IMG/VR virus record: IMGVR_UViG_3300032245_000303
DNA length: 64,000 bases
From: an uncultured virus (IMG/VR IMGVR_UViG_3300032245_000303)
Lineage: Duplodnaviria > Heunggongvirae > Uroviricota > Caudoviricetes
Direction: 5' to 3' (one strand)
A model generated the notes under the pieces. The model saw only the letters and a program-made list of their open reading frames with translations. It was not told where the DNA came from and did not search any database. The translations under genes and the position numbers were made by a program. Of this stretch, positions 41,466 through 50,858 are shown one piece after another (within the stretch, counting starts at the first letter, position 1; every line of letters begins with the position of its first letter).

Positions 41466-42338
41466 TCAAATATCATCCCATTCACCAACTAAGTCCTCTA
41501 ATTTAGGCTCGTTGGCTACTGGTGCTTTCTTTGGTTCAGCTTTCTTGGGTTCATCAATAACTTCTTCTGACGCAGCTGGTGCAGTAAGTACCGGTTGTTT
41601 GGTTTCTTTTACATTGTCAGTTTGTGCCACTGTTAATGTAATTGCACTGATAGCTTCTGAAGAATCTTTGAGATGTTGCACTGTATTATATTCTTCTTCA
41701 GTTAAAGCTCTAAGTGGTTTAAATATTAACTTAGGTGTAGGGCTTGCTGTATCAAACCTCATCTCAGTGACAACACCTGTGATAGGCACACCATTATTTT
41801 TCAAATGACGAGCATATGCTTGTAGAGGTAGTTTACCTTTTTCGCCATCACCAAAAACAGAAGTAGGGGGTAGTACAAGTTGGTATACTTCTTGTTTATG
41901 AATCTCTCCGTCTACCACTACGGCAAGACGTTGTTGGTAACGACAAGCACGACTATCACCTTGTCCAGAGCCTTTGATGTTTTTAGTACAAACTAAGCAG
42001 GTGGCTGCTTGCTTATCTTTGACCTTTTCATCTGGGCGTTGACTATCGGATGACCAGCAAGTTGGGGACACAGTTTCTCCTTCCGAATAACTTCCGGCAT
42101 AGTAGATACGTGAAACTTTTGGTGCTGCTTTCACAATGACAACATTCATAGAACGTTCTTCTGATACACGGTATTCTTTACCGCCAATCATTTCACGGAA
42201 AACACCACCTTTAATACTGATTCGGCGTGAGCCTAATGATTCACCAGCTAGTGCGCTAGTTACATCGTCTAAAGCTGCATTTTTTAAATATGCAGGTAAT
42301 TCATTATTTGAAAATAAAGCTAAATCACTCATATCCAT
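41466..42338 (-). CDS. Putative ssDNA-binding / annealing protein
   Basis: RISIKGGVFR...PTCWS...C..C..N..GSG...RAC; acidic C-terminus EWDDI; replication module. Confidence 0.5.
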   Translation of the reverse strand: MDMSDLALFSNNELPAYLKNAALDDVTSALAGESLGSRRISIKGGVFREMIGGKEYRVSEERSMNVVIVKAAPKVSRIYYAGSYSEGETVSPTCWSSDSQRPDEKVKDKQAATCLVCTKNIKGSGQGDSRACRYQQRLAVVVDGEIHKQEVYQLVLPPTSVFGDGEKGKLPLQAYARHLKNNGVPITGVVTEMRFDTASPTPKLIFKPLRALTEEEYNTVQHLKDSSEAISAITLTVAQTDNVKETKQPVLTAPAASEEVIDEPKKAEPKKAPVANEPKLEDLVGEWDDI

Positions 42339-42343
42339 TCTCC

Positions 42344-42604
42344 TTATAAATCTTCATTTGGGTTATATACTTCTACATCGGGTGTATTTTCTACACCTTC
42401 TGAAGTGCTACTAATTTCTTCAAGTAATCCACTGTTGCTTAGTTTACGTAAAGCTGCTTCCACTTCACTAATCTTAAATCGATATACACCGCCAAGTTTT
42501 AGTGCAGGGATTAAGTCTGAACGAATCCATGTGCGAACTGTAGATATAGATACTGAAAAATGTTTAGCTACATCTTCAATTGGTACAAATAGTTCTTCAG
42601 CCAT
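42344..42604 (-). CDS. Excisionase/MerR-like HTH DNA-binding protein
   Basis: IEDVAKHFSVSISTVRTWIRSDLIPALKLGGVYRF. Confidence 0.8.
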   Translation of the reverse strand: MAEELFVPIEDVAKHFSVSISTVRTWIRSDLIPALKLGGVYRFKISEVEAALRKLSNSGLLEEISSTSEGVENTPDVEVYNPNEDL

Positions 42605-43007
42605 TTTTGCTCCTTTTAATTGTCACAGAATACTCCATGTTTGCATTAAGCCCCGGCGGAAGCACATCAGGGTGTTCTTCTAAAAATGCCTTCATATTAG
42701 TTTGATGAATACGCTTCTCTAATATTTCCGGCACGCTATGCTCAAGAATAAACTTGTTCATAGAATCCCAATCATTTGTTGAATATGTTGTACGAACTGT
42801 ACGATATACAGTGCCTGCTTCAGTTTTTAAACTTTCCGCACCAATTTCTTTCATATGGTCTAGGATTCCTGTCTTGACTTTTTTCATCTTATCGTCAAGT
42901 TCAGATAACCTTGCTTCTAATTCTTGGCTGAGTTCGGCTTTTTTGTCTCGCATTTTTATATAAACACGAGTAAGTTGTTCCAAAGATACATCATTCTCCA
43001 TTACCAT
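42597..43007 (-). CDS. Conserved coiled-coil replication-module protein
   Basis: YIKMRD...SLKTEAGTV...PPGLN motif. Confidence 0.5.
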   Translation of the reverse strand: MVMENDVSLEQLTRVYIKMRDKKAELSQELEARLSELDDKMKKVKTGILDHMKEIGAESLKTEAGTVYRTVRTTYSTNDWDSMNKFILEHSVPEILEKRIHQTNMKAFLEEHPDVLPPGLNANMEYSVTIKRSKNG

Positions 43008-43028
43008 TCTCCTTATAGTTATGTCTAA

Positions 43029-43057
43029 ACTATACTATCAAACTTTATCTTAGTCAA
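43029..43057 (-). promoter_or_regulatory. Sigma70-type promoter
   Basis: TTGACT-17 bp-TATAGT on the - strand, upstream of ORF 43007. Confidence 0.7.
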
Positions 43058-44594
43058 GCAAATTCTTGTAAAGGTCAACTAACTTTGTATGGTCAGTAAT
43101 ACGTGTGTCAAGCATTTTATATAAATGCCTCTCCGCATTTGAACCTTGTAATCTTACGATTGTCACAGGATGCCTTTGCCCTGCACGATGCACACGAGCA
43201 TTAGCTTGTGCATAAGTTTCTAAACTTGGGGTCGGTCCCCACCAAACAACTGTATCTGCAGCAGTTAAAGTAACTCCGTGTGATGCTGCTTGAGGTTGAA
43301 TAATTAATATACGTGGGTTAGGTGTTTCTTGAAATTGTTTAAATATTTCTGCACGTTTATTTGCCGAAACTTCTCCATTAATAATCTCGGTTGTAAATCC
43401 ATCTTGTTGTAGTTGCTGGGATAATATTTGGATAGTATGTTTAAATGGAACAAATATTAATATCTTTTGCTGTGTCTCATCGATGACTTCTCTTAACACC
43501 TTATAGCGGTTATTGATGTCAAATTCTAATGTTTCTCCCGTATCGGAATAAACAGCACCACAAGAAATCTGTAGTAATTTACTAAGACCCACCGCTGCAT
43601 TAACGGCTGTAATCTGTTCTCCCGATGCTTGTATTACAAGCTTGCTACGTAATGCATTATAATATTTCTTTTGTTGTGGAGTAAGTTCGACTTCACGGGT
43701 CACATAGGTCATTTCGGGTAAGTCAAGGCATTCTTCTTTAGTAAATCTAATAGCAGGTTGAAGTGACTGGTATACAATTTTGTCTGCGTTAGGGCGTATT
43801 GTCCATTTAAATTGAGTTACTTTATACATCACCATATCTTTAAAGGTGGTATAAAACTTAGGTACATTTTTAGGGTTGACTAATTTAGCTAGTCCATACG
43901 CATCTACAGGCGATTGTGCGGCAGGTGTACCTGTCAACATCCAAAGCCATGTGTCTGGGGTTAAAATTTTATTAAGTGTTTTCCATCTTGTAGTCTGTGT
44001 ATTCTTATAAGCATTAGCTTCGTCAATTACTATAAGGTCAAATTTATTTTCGGCAATAATGTCTTTAACTATTTCAACACCATCATAGTTAATGATAATA
44101 AACTCAGCATCAGAGTTAATAATACGTGTACGTTTTTCTCTCGTGCCATAAGCAATATCTACAGTACGATGCATGGCAAATTTAAATAGGTCTGCTCGCC
44201 ATGCCGAATCCATAATAGATAGAGGGCATATCACAAGCACACGCTTAACCTTACCTAAAGTCATAAGATAATCGGCAGCCCATATAACTGAACCCGTTTT
44301 ACCTGTGCCTTGTTCATTTAAACAGAAAGCTCTACGATGAAGTGTTAGAAATGATGAAGTTGTTTTTTGATGCTCGAAAGGCTTATGCATTCCTGGCCAA
44401 TCATACTTCGATATAATAGGTGATGGGATGTTTTTTATTTGGAGGTTCTTGAGGACTTGCATTTCATCAAGCCCCCAATTGACTAAAACTTGGTTATTAC
44501 CCATGTCTTTACTTTTAGGTATAACAGTCGTGACTTTATTAGGGTCGCGAAGTTTAAGCAATATTGCTTTGTTGTCAATTATCTCCAAATCCAT
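43050..44594 (-). CDS. SNF2-family (SF2) helicase
   Basis: EQGTGKT, VIDEA, LTGTP, HGVTLT and QANARVHRAGQ motifs. True start may be the TTG at 44588 given RBS spacing. Confidence 0.9.
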   Translation of the reverse strand: MDLEIIDNKAILLKLRDPNKVTTVIPKSKDMGNNQVLVNWGLDEMQVLKNLQIKNIPSPIISKYDWPGMHKPFEHQKTTSSFLTLHRRAFCLNEQGTGKTGSVIWAADYLMTLGKVKRVLVICPLSIMDSAWRADLFKFAMHRTVDIAYGTREKRTRIINSDAEFIIINYDGVEIVKDIIAENKFDLIVIDEANAYKNTQTTRWKTLNKILTPDTWLWMLTGTPAAQSPVDAYGLAKLVNPKNVPKFYTTFKDMVMYKVTQFKWTIRPNADKIVYQSLQPAIRFTKEECLDLPEMTYVTREVELTPQQKKYYNALRSKLVIQASGEQITAVNAAVGLSKLLQISCGAVYSDTGETLEFDINNRYKVLREVIDETQQKILIFVPFKHTIQILSQQLQQDGFTTEIINGEVSANKRAEIFKQFQETPNPRILIIQPQAASHGVTLTAADTVVWWGPTPSLETYAQANARVHRAGQRHPVTIVRLQGSNAERHLYKMLDTRITDHTKLVDLYKNLLD

Positions 44595-44716
44595 TCTCCA
44601 ATAGATGTCGGCTCCCCGCAGGAAACAAGCAGTACCGACTGGTAAGGTTTATTATGAACCCTTTTTATCGGGCTAGTGTCTACCACTCCTACCTTACGTA
44701 GACACCTATCACATCA

Positions 44717-45052
44717 TTATTTTAATTTAACTACTTTTGATAATTTTTTATCGCCACGTTTAGTCTTTTCAGAAACTAAGTTTGATTTTTTATCTCGTTT
44801 AAATGACCTATTCTGACCAGACTTTTCAATATAAATACCATCCTTATTAGAACCACCCTTGTCAAGTGCTTTTACATGGGCTACATCTTTACCTTTTCTA
44901 ATATCGGCTTCACCATCTTTATTCTTATCGGGATACATCTTATCCACTGCACGTCTTGCACGTTGACGTTCCATACGGCGTTCAAGTTCGCCTCTAGCTT
45001 TTTGTTGCTGATATTCTTTTTTATAGGGTCTTGGCTTATTTACATAAGGCAT
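44717..45052 (-). CDS. HNH-like small endonuclease
   Basis: GKDVAHVKALDKGGSN...NRS motif; basic. Confidence 0.6.
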   Translation of the reverse strand: MPYVNKPRPYKKEYQQQKARGELERRMERQRARRAVDKMYPDKNKDGEADIRKGKDVAHVKALDKGGSNKDGIYIEKSGQNRSFKRDKKSNLVSEKTKRGDKKLSKVVKLK

Positions 45053-45053
45053 A

Positions 45054-45737
45054 TTAGTTCCTTCCGTTATGGGCGCACTCTAGTACATAACAATGTTTTT
45101 TACACAGGCCACTTGGTCTTGGATTCCATACATTGTTTTCATATGAATATTTCATACGATTAATTTCACTAAACCACTTCATCCACATTTTATCTTGATT
45201 TTCGATAGAATACGAGTCTTTAACAAAGTTTTTTGATACAACAAAAAGTAGTCCTGCCTTTACTTTTTTAATCTGTGGAAAATGTTTAAACACAGCTAAA
45301 GCCATTAGTTCTAGTTGGTCAGTATCGGCATACTTGGCAGATTTACCTGTCTTATAATCAATACATCGGGCTTCATCACCATTTATAATAAGTAAGTCAG
45401 CAATACCACGCCACCATACATTTTCATCTTTAAACTTACAAGGTTCTAAATTAGAAGTTAATCCCATTTCATACTCGCAAAGTTTTTCACCTTCGAGTTG
45501 TTTAAGATTATCTAACGCACTCTTTACAAAATCAAACTGAGATGGTAGTGGTACGTTATCACGTACGTATTTTTCTGCTGCTAAATGAAAATTCTTGCCG
45601 TATGTAATTGCATCAGTAAATGGTTCAACCACATCTTTTAATACTTTAATATGATAATACTTTTTAGGGCATTGGTCATACATTTTTATAGAAGAGTACG
45701 ACCAAGCGGGCATTTTAGTCATTTGTGCATCTTTCAA
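45054..45737 (-). CDS. PD-(D/E)XK exonuclease (Cas4/RecB-like)
   Basis: WSYSSI..YDQCP, GIADL, IDYKTGK, QLELMA and C-terminal Cys cluster. Confidence 0.85.
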   Translation of the reverse strand: MKDAQMTKMPAWSYSSIKMYDQCPKKYYHIKVLKDVVEPFTDAITYGKNFHLAAEKYVRDNVPLPSQFDFVKSALDNLKQLEGEKLCEYEMGLTSNLEPCKFKDENVWWRGIADLLIINGDEARCIDYKTGKSAKYADTDQLELMALAVFKHFPQIKKVKAGLLFVVSKNFVKDSYSIENQDKMWMKWFSEINRMKYSYENNVWNPRPSGLCKKHCYVLECAHNGRN

Positions 45738-46014
45738 TTAACGCTGCATAACCACAAATATCTACAATAGAATCTCTATTGTTTGGGTCATTGGCTAATC
45801 TAGCTGTTTTTAATAGTATCATTAGTATAGCAACATCTTTAGCATTTAATTCACGTTCTCCAACTGCGGTAATGTAAGCATTCCACATTTTAGAAATTGT
45901 CTTTAAGTTTTTATCGGGGTGTCCATAGGTTTGTTCTCTGTCACCATAAATAATTTTATGTGCTTCTTGTAGTACAGATAGTGTCTTTTCGTTCATATCA
46001 TTCTCCATTAACAT
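45715..46014 (-). CDS. DUF6378-like protein
   Basis: GDREQTYGHP...LKTARL...DSIVDICGYA. Confidence 0.7.
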   Translation of the reverse strand: MLMENDMNEKTLSVLQEAHKIIYGDREQTYGHPDKNLKTISKMWNAYITAVGERELNAKDVAILMILLKTARLANDPNNRDSIVDICGYAALIERCTND

Positions 46015-47840
46015 TCTCCATAATTTTTGCCATAGCCCGACTCACAATTTACGGGTAATCCTGTAGCCCATTCGGGTGTCCATCTCATACATTTTTCTAC
46101 GTACTTCTGTGCTGTTTCTGCTTCTTCTTCTTTAGCAATACACGCTACTGCATCATGTACTGTAAGTACTACATCATATTTTTTTGCAATCTCAATCATT
46201 TGTTCACCAATAATACAACGAGCTAGGGCTTGACAAACATTTTCAATTACCTTACCACCATATATTTTATTCCAACCATATCTTGTTTTATATTGGAACT
46301 GTAATTTGTCATCTTCATCTCGCATGTGAACAAGTTGGTCATATCTCATCAATAACCCACTAGGGAGTCTTACGCCCTTTTCATCTGGGGCCAGAGCTAA
46401 TACACCATATTTACCTAAAGATGTTGTCATACCTTTTGATAATGCCTCTAATGACTTTTGTCCTTCACGCCATAGGTTTACTATATATGGATATGTTTGA
46501 CGATACACTTCAATAATATGTTTAGCGTCATCTTCAGTCACGTCAGTACCAAATGTTTTTAATTGAGATTTAAATTTAACTGCACCCATGCCATAGCCTG
46601 CACCAAGAATTGTAGTCTTACCTACAAATCTTTCTTCTTTAGTAATTTCTTCTCTAGGTTTGCCATAAATTTTAGATGCCATAATTTTATAAACATCTTC
46701 ATTTTTAGCAAACGCTTCAACTAAGTCGTTCTGTCCTGCTAACCACGCTAATACTCGTGCTTCTATCTGACTAGAATCGGCATCAATAATGACATAACCT
46801 TCGGGGGCTACAATAGATTTCTTTAATTTACCTGCATTGTCGCCACGTGATGGTAAGTTTTGTAAGTTCAAACTATCTGAACCACCCCACCTTCCTGTGT
46901 GCGCTGCATAATATTTCAAGGGGACTGGCATCAATCCTCGTTTAGCAATCCCAATAAATCTTTCAGTTCGAGTTTCTTCAAGTGTAGACTTAGTTCCAAG
47001 TCTTGCCGCAACTAACGTCTGTACTCTGACATCGGGATGTTCTGCTAAGGCTTTAAATTCTTCATCATTCTTAGCTAGTGCAAAGGTTTCTTTCCCTGTT
47101 GCTGGTGAAATCTTTACTGGGGGTTCTACACCTAAACTTCTTAATAGTTCTGCAAACTTAGGATTGCTTGCTAGTTCTTCTTTCTCTACATTAGCCTCAG
47201 CTAATAGTTTAGCTTTCTTTTCTTTAATATCTGTTAAGTGCATTTCTAACAAATTTAAATCTAAATCTAGTTTCGGCTGAATAAACATACGTAATGTCAA
47301 ATCAATTAACTTCATTTCCTGTTTAGGAAATCCTTTACCTAACATGGCATAAAATAATTTGTGCGTAAGTTCTACGTCATTAATACAGTAATCACCATAC
47401 CTACTAAGTTCTTCTGATGTAAAGTCCTCACGTCTTTTACCCGACGCTGCAATAACCTCATCACCCTTAACACCTAGTTTGTATCTTTCAGCCAATGCGG
47501 CTAGGCTGCCGCCTACTTCGACACCATGAATTGCACGACCCATACATAAAGTATCTGCGTACACTTTAGGATAAATACCAAACTTTTCACTTAATATAAA
47601 CCCATCAAACATGCAGTTATGTGCCACCATCATGGCATCTTTCCATGGGAATGTTTGTAGCCAACTTTTAAGTTCTTCATGTGAGCCACTTGCCCATTGG
47701 GTTTCTTTGTTGTCTACTTTGACAGATACGCCTATGACTTCAAATCTATCATCACGCACGTATTCTTCTGTTGTCATTTTAGATAAACTAAATATTACCT
47801 TGTCATAGTATGTTTCAAAGTCAATTGTTATTAATTTCAT
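46008..47840 (-). CDS. polA: Family A DNA polymerase with 3'-5' exonuclease
   Basis: IDFET exonuclease motif; HTGRW, NLQNLP; DSSQIEAR (motif A); RFVGKTTILGAGYG (motif B); TVHDA (motif C). Confidence 0.92.
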   Translation of the reverse strand: MKLITIDFETYYDKVIFSLSKMTTEEYVRDDRFEVIGVSVKVDNKETQWASGSHEELKSWLQTFPWKDAMMVAHNCMFDGFILSEKFGIYPKVYADTLCMGRAIHGVEVGGSLAALAERYKLGVKGDEVIAASGKRREDFTSEELSRYGDYCINDVELTHKLFYAMLGKGFPKQEMKLIDLTLRMFIQPKLDLDLNLLEMHLTDIKEKKAKLLAEANVEKEELASNPKFAELLRSLGVEPPVKISPATGKETFALAKNDEEFKALAEHPDVRVQTLVAARLGTKSTLEETRTERFIGIAKRGLMPVPLKYYAAHTGRWGGSDSLNLQNLPSRGDNAGKLKKSIVAPEGYVIIDADSSQIEARVLAWLAGQNDLVEAFAKNEDVYKIMASKIYGKPREEITKEERFVGKTTILGAGYGMGAVKFKSQLKTFGTDVTEDDAKHIIEVYRQTYPYIVNLWREGQKSLEALSKGMTTSLGKYGVLALAPDEKGVRLPSGLLMRYDQLVHMRDEDDKLQFQYKTRYGWNKIYGGKVIENVCQALARCIIGEQMIEIAKKYDVVLTVHDAVACIAKEEEAETAQKYVEKCMRWTPEWATGLPVNCESGYGKNYGEC

Positions 47841-48013
47841 CAGAAGGGGGCTTCCTCATAATCGTTTGTGTTAAATGGTTTTACTATTTCTTTTGGTAAT
47901 GCAACTACATTCTTGCCTTGTTCTTTATGCCACTTGGCTTCTTTAACATTCCATCTATACTTGCGTATGACTTCACCATCACTATCTAGTACTGCATGAG
48001 TGAAGTTACTCAT
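47840..48013 (-). CDS. Hypothetical protein, 57 aa (not in ORF track)
   Basis: Manual translation MSNFTHAVLDSDGEVIRKYRW...DYEEAPF*; TGATG overlap with polA. Confidence 0.65.
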   Translation of the reverse strand: MSNFTHAVLDSDGEVIRKYRWNVKEAKWHKEQGKNVVALPKEIVKPFNTNDYEEAPF

Positions 48014-48188
48014 TCCTTAACTTCCTATTAAGTTCTTGCACTATCTTGACACGTTTCTTACCTGCTTCTGCTTTCGTCAATGCTTCTTCTAATTGTTTAA
48101 TGGTAAACGCTTTGTATTTAGGTCTGCCGTTATGTGTAAGCATAGGGTTGTTGTGTCGTCTACTCTTGTGTACTTGGGGTTGTGCCAT
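48006..48188 (-). CDS. Small basic hypothetical protein
   Basis: GGAG RBS; packed in the operon. Confidence 0.5.
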   Translation of the reverse strand: MAQPQVHKSRRHNNPMLTHNGRPKYKAFTIKQLEEALTKAEAGKKRVKIVQELNRKLRNE

Positions 48189-48360
48189 GTTGTCTCCTCG
48201 TATGACTTATATTAATAAGGTGTTCTTCTTCTAATTGGTTTAATCTACGTTCATTTGTTCTAAACTGTTGACATATTTCTTTTTGTGTTGCATTTGGATT
48301 GTCTAATAAATATTGAATTATTTTAGTAGCTATTTCTTTATCATCTAATTTTGTATACAT
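48160..48360 (-). CDS. Possible winged-HTH protein
   Basis: KIIQYLLDNPNATQKEICQQF...LNQLEEEHLI. Confidence 0.5.
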   Translation of the reverse strand: MYTKLDDKEIATKIIQYLLDNPNATQKEICQQFRTNERRLNQLEEEHLINISHTRRQHGTTPSTQE

Positions 48361-48361
48361 T

Positions 48362-48721
48362 TCATTTATCTGCTATCTCAGCAAAAAATTTATAAATAAA
48401 CTTACGTAATGACTCACGCGATTTACCTAAAGATTTTTTAGTGCCATCACTTTTTAATAACCAAAACTCATCTATCTGCATTTCTGTATCTGTATTGCCT
48501 TGTATGATTAATACAATAGTCTTTGGTTGTTTTGCTAACTGCTTCAACAATATGGATTGCCCAATACTTATAGATTCGTTAGGGCGTTTCCATTCACCTA
48601 CTAAGAAATATCCATTACGTTCATACATCATATCGATATTTGAAGGTACATAGTTTTTATATACCCCATTCAATTCGGCAAAATCTATATGTGGTGCGTT
48701 GGGGTTTCGCATTAATCCCAT
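48362..48721 (-). CDS. Possible PD-(D/E)XK-fold protein
   Basis: SNIDMMYERNGYFLVGEWK. Confidence 0.45.
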   Translation of the reverse strand: MGLMRNPNAPHIDFAELNGVYKNYVPSNIDMMYERNGYFLVGEWKRPNESISIGQSILLKQLAKQPKTIVLIIQGNTDTEMQIDEFWLLKSDGTKKSLGKSRESLRKFIYKFFAEIADK

Positions 48722-48990
48722 TAATCAATGTCCGCGTTGTGTCTTGTAAATGAATCTATTTCTTCTGCAATATCCGCTTCATCTAAATTTTCATGCGGAT
48801 TGATTTCGGTTTCGTAAGGAACATCAATAATTTCTTTGTTATCTTTTTTATGAGTTGGTTTTGTTTCTTCTATTTTTTTAACTAATCTATCAATCATTAC
48901 AGATGCTTCATACATGCGTACTAAAACTTCTGCATTTGATTCAAAAGGTTGTTTTAAAAGATAAGATAATTTTCTTGCTTGTTCTAACAT
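48721..48990 (-). CDS. Hypothetical protein
   Basis: Start reassigned to MLEQARK (AAGGAG RBS); the longer listed ORF overlaps the neighbouring genes. Confidence 0.5.
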   Translation of the reverse strand: MLEQARKLSYLLKQPFESNAEVLVRMYEASVMIDRLVKKIEETKPTHKKDNKEIIDVPYETEINPHENLDEADIAEEIDSFTRHNADID

Positions 48991-49127
48991 GTTGAATAAC
49001 TCCTTAAATACATTAAATCTATTGCTAAATATAATCCATACATAATTCCTACTGTACCAAAGATAACAATGGTCATAATAATTTGTTCTACTATAAGTTC
49101 TTGTAGGGGTATCTTTTGTTTTCTCAT
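48984..49127 (-). CDS. Small membrane protein
   Basis: MRKQKIPLQEL followed by one TM segment; ATGA overlap with the upstream gene. Confidence 0.45.
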   Translation of the reverse strand: MRKQKIPLQELIVEQIIMTIVIFGTVGIMYGLYLAIDLMYLRSYSTC

Positions 49128-49885
49128 ACTCTTGGTAAGAATCCGCTGAATGTATATGAGCCTGTATGAGATAGTTGCGCCCAAGGTGCCGCCCATACTT
49201 TAAAGCCATTGTCCCTAGCTAATTTGCAGAAGTGATAATCCTCTGATAAAAGGCGATTACCCGAATCTTTATCAATACTTGTATCAAAGAACTGGTATAT
49301 TTTTCGTGGTTTACGTTCTGTATCTATGATGGTGTACATGTCACTATTATAAGTGGGTACAACATCTTTTAATTTTTCTAGTACTTCACGCTTAATAAGC
49401 ATAAACCCCGTACCACCATTAGCAATCTCAATAGGTTCACTAAGTTTTACTTGTATATGTGGTGCATGGTCTACGGCATTTACTACAAACACTCCCGTAT
49501 AATTTCCTAATGATTGTGGTGGTATGCCTTCTTTAACTGCGTCTGATACTTGATTCCAATTAATTTCTTTTTTAGGATATATACCACATATAACATCTTT
49601 ATCAGCAGTCACCATCGGGATAATATCTTGTGGATTAAATCCAATATCAGAATCTATAAATAGTAGGTGTGTACATTCTTTGGTATCTAAAAAATCATTT
49701 GCTAAACTATCACGTGCGCGAGTAATTAAAGACTCGTTCATCATATGAGAAAAGGTAAAACCCATTCCCGAATTGGTAAAGGTATTTACCATAGTAAGTA
49801 AACTTGTGGCAAACGCACCATGACACATTCCACCATACATTGGAGTTGCTACAAATAAAAACGGCACTTCTACTTTTTGTTCCAT
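49124..49885 (-). CDS. GT-A-fold glycosyltransferase-like protein
   Basis: FVATPMYGG, ESLITRAR, HLLFIDSDI (DxD), GTGFMLIKR, LSEDYHFC. Confidence 0.7.
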   Translation of the reverse strand: MEQKVEVPFLFVATPMYGGMCHGAFATSLLTMVNTFTNSGMGFTFSHMMNESLITRARDSLANDFLDTKECTHLLFIDSDIGFNPQDIIPMVTADKDVICGIYPKKEINWNQVSDAVKEGIPPQSLGNYTGVFVVNAVDHAPHIQVKLSEPIEIANGGTGFMLIKREVLEKLKDVVPTYNSDMYTIIDTERKPRKIYQFFDTSIDKDSGNRLLSEDYHFCKLARDNGFKVWAAPWAQLSHTGSYTFSGFLPRV

Positions 49886-49900
49886 AAGTATTCTCCTTGA

Positions 49901-50161
49901 TTAAACTTCGGTGGTGTCGGTAGTTTGTGCTTCTTGATTTTTTTGTTTCATATCATTCACCATGTCATAAACTTCTGACAGTCTATTAGTGAGTGCTTCT
50001 TTAGGAATGTTAAGGTTGTGTGCTACATCTGATAGTACAAAGAATATACTTGATACTGCAACTTCAATAGGTGGGTTGTGCTTACGAAATACGTCCATGA
50101 CTTCTTTAATTAAAATATTAAAGTCTTGTTCTGTTTTTAATTGTTGCTCGTCCATTCTCAT
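49901..50161 (-). CDS. Hypothetical protein
   Basis: AAGGAG RBS. Confidence 0.5.
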   Translation of the reverse strand: MRMDEQQLKTEQDFNILIKEVMDVFRKHNPPIEVAVSSIFFVLSDVAHNLNIPKEALTNRLSEVYDMVNDMKQKNQEAQTTDTTEV

Positions 50162-50166
50162 TCTCC

Positions 50167-50466
50167 TTATGATGTTAGTCGACCGACTAACTGATTTTCT
50201 AAATTTACTACGTCATCTTCATATACAACTAATGCAGTTCCACCTGCTTCGCGTATACGATTAAGATTCAATTCTTGTAATGCAGTCGTCTTACCTTTGC
50301 CTGCTTTAGTTTCTATACCAAAAAACTTTCCTTGATAACAAACTAAAAAATCGGGCGCACCTTGCTTACCAAATCCGTTAGTGACTGGCATCAAATAATA
50401 TGCGCCTAGCTTGTCTAACACTAGGCGCACTTGTTTCTTAACTTTCCCCTCGGGGGTTGTTGCCAT
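50167..50466 (-). CDS. VRR-NUC domain nuclease / resolvase
   Basis: TPEGKVK...GAPDFL...FFGIETKA...TALQ. Start reassigned to MATTPE. Confidence 0.85.
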   Translation of the reverse strand: MATTPEGKVKKQVRLVLDKLGAYYLMPVTNGFGKQGAPDFLVCYQGKFFGIETKAGKGKTTALQELNLNRIREAGGTALVVYEDDVVNLENQLVGRLTS

Positions 50467-50467
50467 T

Positions 50468-50857
50468 CTAATTCTCCTTGTATAGCCAATAGATATTACG
50501 GCTAATACGTCTCCCCACACCCTGTATATCGTTATTAATTTTCATAGGGTCAAGCACCATAAGTACGGCTAACTTCTCCTGCGCCCACTTCGGTAATTCA
50601 TTTATCGTATCATAACGCATTTTTAATTCGGGTGCAAAGTTTTCTAACAAATCATAACAATCTGTATTAACCTCTCCTGTTCTGTCATGTATAGTTATAC
50701 GATAGATAGGTTGTTCCTTTAACATATTAAGGAGTGAATCAATATGATGCTCTGATAAATGCTGATGTATTTTTTCTCCTCGACTTTGCACACTCTTAAA
50801 CAAGTCTGTAATGACTTGTGATTTTACATTATCTTCTCTCGTTATTTTATATTCCAT
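50468..50857 (-). CDS. Hypothetical early protein
   Basis: LPKWAQEKLAVL...GVGRRI motif, similar to the C-terminus of the adjacent 317-aa ORF (LPEEILNGVSVL...IGQKI). Confidence 0.5.
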   Translation of the reverse strand: MEYKITREDNVKSQVITDLFKSVQSRGEKIHQHLSEHHIDSLLNMLKEQPIYRITIHDRTGEVNTDCYDLLENFAPELKMRYDTINELPKWAQEKLAVLMVLDPMKINNDIQGVGRRISRNIYWLYKEN

Positions 50858-50858
50858 A

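Noticed and set aside
42344..42604. Excisionase-like HTH as evidence of lysogeny
   Set aside because: No integrase, att site or CI-like repressor was recognised; such HTH genes are common in replication operons.
45054..45737. Cas4-like nuclease as evidence of a CRISPR system
   Set aside because: Stand-alone PD-(D/E)XK nucleases are routine in phage replication modules, and there is no array or other cas gene.
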